64,000 nt of DNA. It comes from Octopus vulgaris. Lineage: Eukaryota. The notes below the pieces were generated by a model. That model was not told the origin of the DNA. It saw nothing but the letters and a program-made list of their open reading frames with translations, and searched no databases. Made by a program: the position numbers and the translations under genes. Positions 27,211 to 41,700 of the stretch are shown here, piece by piece (the first letter of the stretch is position 1; every line of letters starts with the position of its first letter). The stretch lies in assembly GCA_951406725.2 (NCBI GenBank), contig OX597816.1:67828001-67892000 (forward strand), given 5' to 3'.

Positions 27211-28843
27211 AATTATTGTATACAGTGCTCAGGTGCACCACAACTTGTCAAAAGTTCGTATAAAGCATATGCAGTAACTTACAAATGTCTGGGAAGTGAA
27301 CAGTGTATGAGTCAGATACATGCTTGCATGTGTATGGAGGGGAGAAAATCAGGTGTAGTGTTGGTGAATCTCAGGAAGCATGGCCCCCAAAATACAGTAC
27401 ATATAGTAAATCTTTGACCTTCTTAAATTACAGAATTTGACTGAGTGATGACAGAAACTAGTTAAATCTTCAGCAATTGCATATGATAATAGATATTAGA
27501 TATATGCATTAATTTGAAACCTAAAAAATCCTTGGCAGTTTACACAAGAGAATTTCATATATTCTTAAACTCACCCAAGAACCAAATCTAATTCCATGTC
27601 ATCATCGTTTAAGTTACCCAGTATATTTTCAATGATATCACCAGTCTTCTGTCCAGCAGAATTGCTGGGAATTGAACCACTGTTATTACATACTCCTGCT
27701 TTAGCTTTGGATTCATCATTACATGAGTCCCCTGCAAGGAAATACATTAATCATTAATCATCAATCAACAATCTTCCAGAATATTTGAAATAAAAACAAT
27801 ACAAAAACTGTTGTATCTGCCACACTATAATCAATCCAATTCTGCCGATCCATCCTCTTTGAGATATATGTTAAAATAAAAGGCAAAAACACAACACAAT
27901 TCTGAAATAAACATGTTAGTTTTGACTTAGCAGACTTTGGATCAAAGTTTCAACAAACACGACTATCCCCTATTGTATTTAGATACAATACCACCTAGAA
28001 CTACAAAATCCAATGTTTCTTTCCTATCTTTGAAGACAGTAGGATGTCTTAGGAAGGGCATTTGGCTGCTATTTCTAGCAAGTTGAGTGACCCTGTCAGG
28101 CTCTCTCGTTGGATCATTTTGATAATGTTTTCTTATATGACTGAACAGATATGTAAGACAACCTGTTTGTATACCATGAAGGAGATTTGGCTGTTAGTCC
28201 AAGCAGGTTGAGTAACCAAAGAGAGGCTCTCTCATTGGAACACCTAGCTACTGTGTCTCGTATGACTGAAGAGATTTGACAACTTATCTCAATGGTATGA
28301 GGAAGATCTGACTGCTATTTCTGACAGATTGAGCAACCACATAAATTCTCCTTTGTTGTTTCAGCTAAAAAAAAAAAAAAATGAACAAAGAAAATAAAAA
28401 TATAAATGAACAAAACACAGGTGTGGCTGTGTGGTAAGAAGCTTGCTTCCCAACAACATAGTTCCAGGTTCAGTCCCACTGCATGGCACCTTAAGCAAGT
28501 GTCTTCTATAGCTTCAGGCTGACCAAAGCCTTGTGAGTGGATTTCATAGATGAACAGTGAATGAACACTGAAAGAAGCCCGTCATATATATGTGTGTATG
28601 TATATATCGATGCTTTTTATCAAGGAATCTAATGCTCTTAGCTTAGTTTTTCCTTGGGGCTGGCCAGATTGGAGCAATCTCAAGATTAATCAGCCGAAAT
28701 TGAGAGGATGATCTGGTTCTTGACTGAGGATAAAAGTGTTCGAATGACCTGTCCTTGTTTTTTTGTATCGTCTATCTGGATGTTTTGGTGTCCCTTTTTG
28801 TATTACCTAGATGTCCGGATGTTTTGCGTTCTTGTCCAATTTG

Positions 28844-28916
<73 letters not shown>

Positions 28917-28929
28917 CCCCATTTTGTAT

Positions 28930-28960
<31 letters not shown>

Positions 28961-28972
28961 ATGTCCATTTTG

Positions 28973-29018
<46 letters not shown>

Positions 29019-30051
29019 GATATAAAAATGTGTGTCTTTGTGTCTGTGTGTTGTACCCCCACCCACCACCACTTGACAACTGGTGCTGGTCTATGACACC
29101 ATAACTTAGCGGTTTGGCAAAAGAGACCAATAGAATATCAGACTTTAAAAAAGACTAAATACTGGGGTTGATTCATTCGACTTTTTTAGTTGAATATATC
29201 GAGCTCTCTATTTATTTCTTCAGGGCGGTGCCCCAGCATAGCCACAGTCAAATAACTAAAACAAGTAAAAACATAAAAAAAAAAGAAAGGAAACAAGAAT
29301 GAAATGTATAATTACTGAGGTAGAGCATTCCCTTGAGTACACCAAGGACAGGTTCTACAGTCAGACTGTCGTGAGTAGCTGCTAGCAAATGTCTATCACA
29401 GGAGGCTTTTACCCCACAGCCAGTACGGCAGTTGAGGTTATGGAAGCCAGGGTGGTTTGTTGTCTTGAACAATCTCAGCAGTAAATGGCATGTCAGGCGA
29501 GCACCAGATTCTGCATCCTGTGCACCTAACACTGAAAGAATTAAAAAGAGAAAATATAAATAACAAATTAATAACAAAGTCATTACATTCACACACGTCA
29601 GACACTCAAAGATAATTTTATAAGAAATAATACTCCTTCTATGACTTTCTAATAGTCTGCTGTACTTTTCATTTGGACATTGTGTGCTGATCAATTGAGG
29701 AAGCTTAATCTGCAACCGATAAATCTTGCATGTGTAATAGTATTAATATAGCAAATAACTATAGGTATGGGCATAGCTGTGTGGTTAAGAAGTTTGCTTT
29801 CCAACCCACATGGTTCTGGGTTCATTCCCAATGTGTGACATGTTGGATAATTGTCTTCTACTACAGCCATGGGCCAACCAAAGCCTTGTGAGTGGATTTG
29901 GTAAATGGAAACTGAATGAAGCCTGTCATATAATATATATAAATAATACATACATATACAGAACAACATCCAGATATACATACATAAAATACATATATAC
30001 ATACAACATCCATATATACATACATAAAATACATATATACATACAACATCC

Positions 30052-30094
<43 letters not shown>

Positions 30095-33000
30095 GTGAGT
30101 GTATGTTTGTGACCCCCTTGTCTTGACATCACATGAGAGTTGTAAATGAATGTTCACTACCATGGAGTAATATTACCTAACATGGAAACTGTTGATGGTT
30201 GGCAAGAGAAAGAGCATCCAACTGTAGACAATTCACCACAACAAATTCCGTCCAACTCAAGATGTTAAAACTATGATGCTGAGGAAATGTGGATGCCCTT
30301 GCTAACATCAACCACCCAGCAGAGTGCCTTTTACAGATGATGATCATAGATACAGCCAGAACTGTTCAATTGTGCTGAAGTAGGCATGCAGGAAATAAGA
30401 GAAGGCCCAGTGAATCGGTAACTTACTTGATGGACAAGCTGCCATCAAGGAAGGCAATGCGACACGAGCTATAAAGTTCTGCAGAGTAAAACAATGACGA
30501 GCCAGAAGAATTGCTGTAAACACTGCCAGGGAATCATGGATAGACAAATCTCCAACCTAGAGAGGAACAAAACCAAAAGAAGTAGATTCACTATTAAGCA
30601 TTAAATGTTTATAAAGTAAAGTAAACACAAGCAAAACAAAGTTAGGAGAAATATAATAAAACTGTTTATAGATATAGACACAGATTTTGGTGGTGGTGCT
30701 GCTGTTGATGTTATTTAACCCTAGGTCAGTCCTGACTGAGTAGATTTATCAAAAGTATTGGATCTTTACCTTTTGACCGACAGATTTAAAAAATAATTTT
30801 TTGTAACTAAACACTTTCAAACTTTGTATACTGGTAGAATGTGTCACATAAAACATCTTTTACTCTTGGCGTTGTTGAGAAAATTCTATATTTTGGAAGT
30901 TATTTCTTGTTAAATTTGTCGTATTTCAGTAATTTCAACCAATCAATGATGTGTATTCAGCTGAATAAAATTACTGCTATTGTTTGTCAACAACAACTTC
31001 TGGCGGTGTATATTTCGTTTGTCACTGTCATTTAAGACATATTTCTTCTCAGTTACGTTTGTATGAATAAACGATTGTATCTGAAGCATGTTTACTTCAT
31101 GGCACCACCATAATCGTTCGTGCTTCATTTTTCACTTTTTTCCATAACTCTAACCCTAAAACCCCAACCCTAACCCTAAAACCAGTACAAATGCATGAAG
31201 AATGTCATAAATAACAGTGACAAACGAAAAATACACCGCCAGAAGTTCTTGTTGACAAACAACGGCAGTAATTTTATTCAGCTGAATACACGTCATTGAT
31301 TGGTTGAAATTACTGAAATACGAGAACTTTAACAAGAAATAACTTCCAAAATACAGAATTTTCTCAACAACGCCAAGAGTAAAAGATGTTTTATGTGACA
31401 CATTCTGCAAGTATATGAAGTTTGAAAGTGTTTAGTTACAAAAAATTATTTTTTAAGTCTGTCGGTCAAAAGGTAAAGATCCAAAGTATTTATATTTGCA
31501 CCTATGCTAGTGACACATAAAGGCACCCATACTGATGACATGTTAAGGGCACCCACTACACTCATGTAGTGGTTGGCATTAGGAAGGGCATCCAACTGTA
31601 AAAACCAAACCAAAATCAGATGGAATCTAGCACAGCTCTCCGGCTAACCAATTCCAGTCAAACTTCCTAACCTATGGAAAGCGGATACTAAATGATGATG
31701 GTGTATCATCATTGTTGTTCAAGACCTAAATCAGTTCTAATTAGGTAAACCTATGATTAGATGACTTCTAATGAAGCATTACACAGCACAATGAGTCTAT
31801 CATTTTTTTTTTGTAAGGTTGTAAGGGACAGTTTGAGCACTCTGTTTGGGAAGTCCCATAATAAAGTAGTACTGACTGTCAGCGAGCACTGGTAAAAAAG
31901 TTTTCTTCGTGAATGCCCATTTCCTTATGTGCTAGCATTTAAACCAGGCATGTCTGGCCCAAATAATCTGTTTCATATTCAAACCAAACAGGTTTGATCT
32001 CCCACACCTATCCTATGATGTCATTCGAAAATAAACATAGGCGTAGGAGTGGCTGTGTGGTAAGTCGTTTACCAACCACATGGTTCTGGGTTCAGCCCCA
32101 CTGTGTGGCACCTTGGGCAAATGTCTTCTACTATAGCCTCGGGTCGACCAAAGCCTTGTGAGAGGATATGGTAGATGGAAACTGAAAGAAGCACATCGTA
32201 TATATGTATACATATATATATATATATCTATGTGTGTATATGTTTATGTCTGTGTTTGTCCCCCCAACATCACTTGACAACTGATGCTGGTGTGTTTACA
32301 TCCCTGTAACTTAGCAGTTTGGCAAAAGAAACCCTCAGTCTCTCTCTCTCACTGGCTCCATCTACATTGAGTGCTTGGCACTTCTTTGTACACTTATCAC
32401 CCTCCCCCTCTCTCTCTCTCTGTGCTTGTGTGTGATTGGTCTAATTCATCATATGACATAAAATATGAAACTGCTTCTATGTAGTCTTGACCTACCAGAA
32501 ATAGCCACCAAATTCTTTCTAAAACCACATTTTACAATTTTCAAAAAATGGTATGACATACTGAATAATAATAATAATAACATAGAGCAAGATATACAAT
32601 CCAAAAACTAGATGGGATGGTCATCGTTGGAATATCTTGATCACAGTGGGTCTGCCTGATTAAAACTGATATGGGAATAATAAGCAACAACAACAACAAC
32701 AGTCAGCAAACAAAAAAATGTTAATAGTCTAAAAAAGAGGTAAAAATGTAAATAAGGCTTACATCAATTTGCGTCAGGATATCGATGAATCCACAGGAAT
32801 GGTTCGAAGAACAACATAAAGCTTTCAGGGCACCGAGCCACTCAGACCGTAAAGCATTACACTTAGCTGTAAACTCGGCACATAGGATAGAGATTTCATT
32901 CAGCCTGTGAAGAGACAGCGGGTCAAGAAAACAAAAATATAAAGCTTAAATGTTTAAGACGATTTATTCTTAATGAGATGAGAAATGTTTTCAAACTACT

Positions 33001-36000
33001 AATCGTTATATTATCTCTCTATATATAAACAGCAAAATGTCTGTGTGTGTGTGTGTATCCTTAATACAAATCCACAATTTTCCAGTTAGAGGGCTCGCAC
33101 TTTCTATGGTCATTCAAAACCGTCCAAGGGTGGGCGTGCACATCTTTACATTTCCCCTGTCACCCTGCAAAGCCATTAAAAAAATCAATAGAAGTGACTT
33201 TTTTGTGAATTTTCTATCCAAATCCCAATCAAAATGCCCGAAATTTGATACGCCAATTGAATGCCAGCTAGCTGTATGTGATTGGTCGGAGATTTGGACA
33301 GTACTCACGTGTATGTGCGCACACACGCAGCTGTATATGCATGCACTAGCACTATGACCCAGTGTTGCCAGGTCATAGTGCTAGTATACATTATATATCA
33401 TTATTATTATTTACAACAAATGATCAAATTGTGCATTTGAATTAGCAACAGGAAGGGTATCCAGCAGTAAAATTATGTCTCAGTAATATGCATTCATCTA
33501 ACTCATGCTAGCATAGGAAAAACAGATGTAAAACTAACAAACAGGTAAACACTGCTTCAGTCAGTTTGGTCTCCTCCATCTGTAGTGTTGTTTTTAGATT
33601 GTATTTAGTACAATGCTATATTCAAACCAAGTCTAATAATGGCCTTATCCAGGTCAGCAGCTTATTGAATGAGGTTAGGAGTCAATGCAGTAACAACATT
33701 AGGATATAATAGAATCTGTATAAAAGTTATGATAATGATGATGATGAATATTATGGTTGTGATCATGTTCAAAGTAGTAAATATTAGGTTGTTCCAAAAA
33801 TAATGGCCAATTTCAGAAACATAATTTTATTCTGGAAAAATTAACAATAGAAATATTTTGATTAGTCAAAGTATGAGCTGTGAACATGTATGAATCTCTG
33901 CCATCTATCAACGAGATTATTTATGCCTTGCTGATAAGAACTTATTGACTTTGATGCTAAGAAATCTTTGAAAGCTGATTCCACCTCTGGTTTTGACCTG
34001 AAAGTTTTATCACTTAAAAACGTGTTTAAATGCTTAAAAAATCCGAAGTCTGTGGGTTTCTACAACGTCATTCTTGTAACATGTGGCTTTGCATTGTTGT
34101 GGAGCAGAACTGGGCAATGCCGATTCACCAATGCAGGTCTCATTTTTTTGCAAGTGAGCGTGCATTTCAGCAAGTTGATTGCAGTAAACCTCTGCTGTAA
34201 TGCTCTGATTGGTTTCCAGAAAGCTGTAATGGACAACACCAATCGCAAGCCACCAGACAGTCACCATAATATTTTGCTGATGCAACTTTGGCTTTGGGAA
34301 ATGTTTGGGGGACTCATCACGATCAAGCTATTTGCCTGAATGTTTACGGCTATCATAAAGGATCCACTTTTCATCACAAGTGACTATTCGGTCAAAAAAA
34401 GGATCATTGGTGTTTCGCAGAAAGAGCATTGAGCACACTTCAAAACGCCAGACATTATGATTTTCATTGAGCTTATGCGGTACCCATTTATCAAGCCTTT
34501 TCGCCATACCATTCTTTTGCAGACTGCGTGAGACCATTGCAATACCAACACCAAGTGCCTGAGACATTTCTCTGACACTTTGACATGGAATTTTTCCTTC
34601 TAAGTTTGGAATTATATATTCCCTACTATTAATAATAATAATAATAATACTACACTCATGGAGTGGTTAGTGTTAGGAAGGGCATCCAGCTGTAGAAACA
34701 CTGCCAGATCAGACTGGAGACTGGTGTAGCCTTCTGGCTTCCCAGACCCCGGTTGAACCGTTCAACCCATGCTAGCATGGAAAATGGACGTTAAACGATG
34801 AATAATAATAATAATAATAAAAATAAAAAATAATATATATATATATACACATACATATAGACATACATATATGTGTATATAATTGTGTGTATGTGTGTCT
34901 CTCTCTCTCTCCCCGAATGTGTGTTTCCTTGTCTTGACATCACATGATAGTTGTAAATCGGTAGCAGCCATACAAGCAGTGCTGTTTATTTCTGATATTC
35001 TGCAAAAACATGTGGCAATGAGGAAATAGAGACGCTTTGCAGCATGATTAAACCTGGAACCAGCAGTACTTGTCTGGCACCTGTGTCGGTGGCACATAAA
35101 AAACACCATCCGAGCGTGGCCGTCTGCCAGCCTCGTCTGGCACCTGTGTCGGTGGCACATAAAATCACCCACTACACTCTCGGAGTGGTTGGCGTTAGGA
35201 AGGGCATCCAGCTGTAGAAACACTGCCACATCTGACTGGCCTGGTGCAGCCTTCGGGCTTCCCAGACCCCAGTTGAACCGTCCAACCCATGCTAGCATGG
35301 AAAGCGGACGTTAAATGATGATGATGATGATGATGATGATTTGGTCTCAGCAAAGTCAGACTCATAAGGAGCGATATTATTGTGATGTTGAAGCTTTCTG
35401 AGAGCACTAGTAACAGAAGAGATATAATAACAACTAAGAGTTGGTATACAGTGAGTACGATTCAGTGCTGACTGCCACAAACATAAAAGTTACTGATGAG
35501 CCAACATCAAAGCTCAGCTACTATAAATAAAACCTAAATCTCCTTCAAAATACATCCTGAAATCTTGAAGAAAAGAAAAGATATATTGGACAGTACGGTC
35601 CTGACTGCACTATGTCAGAGCTAGAATGCCCAAGATTATAGTTTTATTCAATCAAGGACAACCTGGGGTCAAACAACAATACCGTAAATGTTGATATTTA
35701 GCTGCAGACTAGCTGTACAAAACCAGAACTATGAATAACAACATTCCGGTTCTTCACATGTTGGCCTTTTCCCCAGACGAAATGCTCCAACACCAAGGAC
35801 TACATTGTTGCCTTACTGGCACTCGAGCCCTGTGCTAGTAGGGTATTAAGAGCACTATCCGAGCGTGATTGTTGCCAGAGTGGTTATCTTGCTTCCGTGT
35901 GTGTTCGTTACCAGCATCGCCTTACTGGCACCTGTGCCGGTGGCATGTGTAGAAGATTCAAGTGAGGTCGTTGCCAGTACCCCCTGACTGGCCTCGTGCC

Positions 36001-38734
36001 GGTGGCATGTAAAAGCACTCACTACACTGTCAGAGTGGTTGGCGTTAGGAAGGGCATCCAGCTGTAGAAACTCTGCCAAATCAAGATTGAAGCCTGGTTC
36101 GCCAGCCCTCAGTGAAATTGTCCAACCCATGCTAGCATGGAAAGCGGACGTTAAACGATGATGATGATGATGTCCTTTTTAAGACAATATGGTGTATTTA
36201 ACAAGAAATTTCAGCTGTTATTTCTAAGAGAAATACAAAATGAGACAAAAATTGCTGGAACCTACCGATCTGTTACTTGGGAATTGCATATATTAAGTAC
36301 TGCGTTGCATACAAAGTTATAGCGGTATCCTGAATTTTCATTCAATTGTTTGACCAGCATGGCATCAGGTATGGATTTGACATCATTAAAATAGTCCATC
36401 ATAAAGTTAGGATCCCAGAGTAAATCCAACACTGATGGAGTTATGTTGGTATCGTGAGTCTGTTTCATTTTACTAAAAGTAGCACTGAAGCTGTCCAAAT
36501 ATTTGGCCTTCAGGTAACTGGCAGAAGTGTAAAGATCAAACAGGTATGCCTGGACACATCTTTCAGCAGAGGTACAATCCGAAGGATTGTTTATATGCTT
36601 GATGATAGCATTCAATCCTTCAAAGGCAGCACAGGCCAAGTCCTGGCAGACAAGCATGTAAGAGCAGTATTTACTGAATATGCCAATGATACATAGGCAT
36701 AATGAAGAAACGTAGTTCGTAGCAAGAGACGATGCTTTCAACATCAGCTGGACTTCCACCTGACTAAGCTCTTTCAGCAGCTAGAGAGAAAAAAAGAAAA
36801 AGAAAGTAAAACTGATAAATAAGAGATAAATCATTTATACATTTAAAAATACACAACTGTAAACCCTTTCGCATTTAAACCAATCCTATCCAGTACAAAT
36901 ATTCTATGTTTAAACTTGCCAGATCTCGCCTCTTGCGTCTATTCTACAATGTCACTCTAACAATTAATAGTTTCACCATCAAAATGTCAAAGTTACAAGT
37001 TAATGCATGATTAGTTCAAAACAATAGAGTTAACAGAGAAATTTGAAGGTTAAAGGGTTAAAAAAAAAGCTACTTTGATCAAGATAAATGGTGAAAATAG
37101 CTGAATCAATAAGATGTCAATATAACAACACTAGCCCCTCTTGGGCCTAACTACAGCCCACAGTGTCTTCAATTTATATGGCATCTTCTGCTCCTCTTGT
37201 GTCCAGCCAAGACCACAAATCAAAGTTTCTGTTTTCTGTCTCTTCTGATTCTTATTTCTTTATTGCCCACAAGGGACTAAACACAGAGGGGACAAACAAG
37301 GACAGACAAAGGGATTAAGTCGATTACATCGACCCCAGTGCGTAACTGGTACTTAATTTATCGACCCCGAAAGGATGAAAGACAAAGTTGACCTCGGCAG
37401 AATTTGAACTCAGAACGTAGCGGCAGACGAAATACCTATTTCTTTACTGCCCACAAGGGGCTAAACATAGAGAGGACAAACAAGGACAGACAAAGGGATT
37501 AAGTCGATTACATCAACCCCAGTGCGTAACTGGTACTTAATTTATTGACCCCAAAAGGATGAAAGGCAAAGTCGACCTTGGCAGAATTTGAACCCAGAAC
37601 GTAACGGCAGATGAAATACTGCTAAGCATTTCGCTTGGCGTGCTAACGATTCTGCCAGCTTACCGCCTTCTGATTTTATTACAATAGTATCTGCCTTTCT
37701 GAACAAATGTGCCACATACCTTTCTCCATCAAAGCTCCCTTTATAAATCTCCTCTTTTTGTGGTATCTACTTCAATCATCTACCAGCCCAGACAAAACAT
37801 TTTTTCTGATTGTTTTTTTCCCAGAGCCATAACTCTCTAAAAATCCTTCCTTGTCTATATTTTTTTCTGCAAATGTTAAGTTAGAGATTCAAACTAAATA
37901 TCAATTGTGACAGCCTCACCTGCCTTGGAAGGTCTCTACAAGAGATGCTGAGAAAACTGTGTAAAGTCTAACAAATAAATCAACCCTTTAGCATTCAGAT
38001 TACTCTGTCAAATATGTTTATTTATTCCCATCATTTTGTATTAATCATGCATTATTTCATAGCTTCAATATGTCAATATGACGTGATTGCTTATTTTTAG
38101 AATGACATTGTAAGGAGGGTGAGAGAGGCTGGATCTGGGCCAGTTTGAACATAAAACGTAGAATATTTGGGTTAGATCTGACTGGTTTAAATGTAAAAGG
38201 GTTAAATCATTTTACTTCTACTATTTTATATATAAACAAAAGCAAGTGGGTGATGCTGATACACTTTCACACCATAAAGGTTGCTGTGTTATGTATAAAC
38301 ACTATGACAATGTAAGGCATACATAATCTTCTGAATTGGTAAAAACAATGGTTATAATAAAAAATAATAATAATAATAATAATAATTATTATTATTAATC
38401 ACTAAATTAAAGTCATTTGACAAGTGCTTTTTCTAATAAAGACAATTTCTTTTCACATTTCATTTACAACTTATGGAAAAAATCAAAAGACAAAATGATT
38501 TATGAAAAAAAACCCTTCAGCTATTGCATTTTCAGAACCCTTTACTCTTTTACTTGTTTCAGTCATGTGACTGTGGCCATGCTGGAGCACCACCTTTAGT
38601 CGAGCAAATCGACCCCAGAACTTATTCTTTGTAAGCCTAGTACTTATTCTATCGGTCTCTTTTGCCGAACTGCTAAGTTACGGGGATGTAAACTCACCAG
38701 CATCAGTTGTCAAGCGATGTTAAGGGACAAACAG

Positions 38735-38765
<31 letters not shown>

Positions 38766-41700
38766 CATATATATGATGGGCTTCTTTCAGTTTCTGTTTA
38801 CCAAATCCACTCACAAGGCTTTGATCGGCCCAAGGCTATAATAGAAGACACTTGCCAAAGGTGCCACACAGTGGGACTGAACCTGGAACCATGTGGTTGA
38901 TAAGCAAGCTACTTACCACACAGCCACTCTTACGCCTTGGTTAGATTTTTGTATGAAAACCTTAAAGATTATTCTCTATACAATTTATTAACACTGTATT
39001 TTATTATTCTGTACAGCTATGTCAAATACATAAAACACAGTAGATCCCATTACCAACTCGTGGTGTGAAAGTGATTGCCAATAAAGTACCATATTTGATG
39101 GTATATAAGGCACACTTTTTTCCAGAAAAGTGTATCAAAATGTCACCCCAGATCTTATATGTGAAGTTAGGTATCATAAGCTTTTATGCACAAAAACCTC
39201 TTTTCCTGAATATGCATAGCTGAAACTGGCATGTGTCAAGTATGTTTGTGCTTTTTTTTTTTTTAAGCTATCAAATACAGTAGCTGTAGAAGAGGAATAC
39301 AGAGAAAGATGTGGAGAGATCTGATCTCAGGGTGGGGATTAGTGTCAATGCTATTACACTATACTGATGGAAATAACAATACACTACAGCAAAACCATCC
39401 AAAAAGGGAAAAATAGCTGTTAAAACAATAAAGATGATGGTTTCAACACAAAGCAAGAACATAGACCCTACTTACTTGTAATGCAAAGTCCAAAAGGCCA
39501 CTTATATTTAGTGAATAATCCATTAAATCAAAGAGGTAGGAAATATTGTCAACGACGGGTAAATAACAGGAGTTACCAGCAGCAAAACTTGACAACTGTT
39601 CCAGTACGCTGCTCACACAAGATGATGTCACAGCATGCATGTCATAATAGGAAAGTCTCTGAAACTTGTTGAATGTGCTCTCTAGGTTACTTGATGAATC
39701 GCTGTCTTTATCCTTCTCTTTCTCTTTTTTCTTTTTAACTTTTGTCGGGTCACCGCTGCTTATGTCTATGCAATTCTTTTTGTTAAAAAGTCTCAAGATT
39801 TCCTGAAATCAAAGACAGAAGCGAATATGTTGAAAACGTTTTTAAAAATTCAGAATCAATTTTACATAGAAAGTCTTTATTTTTTAATTTTTTGTTTTTT
39901 CTTAGCTTATCACTATTTAATTTTCTAGTTTCTACTTCTTAGTATAATGAAATACAAACTAAATATGAGTTGTGCCCATCTCAACAGTCTTGAAATGCCA
40001 TCTATAAGGGTCACAGATACTGGTCCACCTTCTTTAGTTAATAAAAAGAAAATCAAAAGCTTGAAATTTAAAATCTAACACTACATTTCCTATTTTCCTT
40101 TATTGGCAAGTTATACAATTATAGAGGGAAAAGATTAAAAATTACCAATAAATGAATACAGACATACATATCAGCAAATTTGAGGTGCTATACATGATGA
40201 AATGTTAACCCAAACAGAAATTCAAAGCTTATTACATGCAGTGTAGTGCTTTCAAGATTAGCCACATACATCCTCAGTCTTCCCCTTTGTACTTTAGCCT
40301 CTCAATACCTGGAATAAGGCCAGCTCTCCCTCTACTACAACCCCACTCAGTTAACAAGCTTTTCTTTGTGTTGCAAGTTGTTTGACAACCTCACTAGCAC
40401 CAGTGTCATGAAAAAAAAACACAGTATACTCTGTAAATCATCATCATCATCATCATCATCATCGTTTAACGTCCGTTTTCCATGCTAGCATGGGTTGGAT
40501 GGTTCAACCCGGATCTGGGAAGCCAGGAGGCTGCACCAGGCTCCAGTCTGATCTGGCAGTGTTTCTACAGCTGGATGCCCTTCCTAACGCCAACCACTCC
40601 GTGAGTGATTTTTACGTGCCAGGGGAGGCTGGCAATGGCCACGATCCGTTGGTGCTTTTTACGTGCCACTGACACGGAAGCCAGTTAAGGTGGCGCTGGC
40701 ATGTGGAAATAAATATTTCACTGATCTCTCAAGAAAGTTTAACCCAGCACAATAGGTGATGGACAGACTGTTGAATGACTGGATAAATAAATATTACATA
40801 AACGCCATTAAGATAGTAGTGTGGAGGCTCTAACACTAAGCTAACAATGCAGTTATTTCCATGATGCCCAATGAAAAACTTTAATTCTTATGAGAACAGT
40901 CTCCTACAGCTATACTGAAGTTTTGGTGAGTACACTGAAGATACAGCAACAATGAAGTTTTGAAAAAGAGATCAAGTGATTTTTATGGTATTTGAAAAAA
41001 ACAAATGAACACAATTGGTGCCATTAATAAAAACTACAAGGTCTTAAGACTGATAGTACACAAGTTAAGCTGGTACTTTACTATTATCACCAGCCAATTT
41101 TTTATTTATTAAAGAATTAGTAAATAACTATCATACATGTGAGAGGGTGTAATAGTTGATTGGCAAGTTTTCTGAATGGCTGTCACAACTTCATGGAGAA
41201 GGAAAAGCCAAGGAATTAGGTAATTGCTCAATAGTTTATTTATTAATCCTTTAGTTAATAAAAAAAATTGGTTGTCAATAAGAGGAAAATGCCACTAAGT
41301 TACTAAGTTGCGTCTCTAGCAACAAGAACAATAATATGAGCCGAAGGGAGAAACCTCTTTTTTGTAGCTTGACCAGTAAGAAATATCAGCCAAGTCATAC
41401 ACCCTCCCAAGAGAAAAAAAAAACGTCAGACTGAATAATTTAGTTATAGATATATGAGAAAAATGTGATGGTCACAGTTGGAATGCCTTTGATCATGTCT
41501 AACCAATTAGAGCTGAGCTGGAGTGAAACAACAGCCATAAAATCAAGATCAAGTCTTACCTTGGTGACTTTTTTAATGATATGCCTTGCGTTGTCACGAG
41601 CTTTACCAACTCCATATAGAACAACAAAACGCTGGTTGCATTCATGGGCATAGCTCTCGTTTTGTGGAATAGGAAAGTGAGTGGCAAATAGCATATGGCG

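Noticed and set aside
28708-29130. Overlapping ORFs rich in YI/CV/HT
   Set aside because: Stop-free translations of (TA)n/(TG)n microsatellites; the same applies to most short ORFs in the track
31151-31180. Interstitial telomere or chromosome fusion scar
   Set aside because: Short, degenerate and internal to a TSD-flanked transposon
30841-31410. Pair of near-identical ORFs on opposite strands
   Set aside because: Consequence of the long terminal inverted repeats of the foldback element
34762-35407. Recurrent ORFs with [12 protein letters not shown] or [12 protein letters not shown] as a peptide gene family
   Set aside because: Antisense readings of the RTE 3'UTR repeat; frames and stops vary between copies
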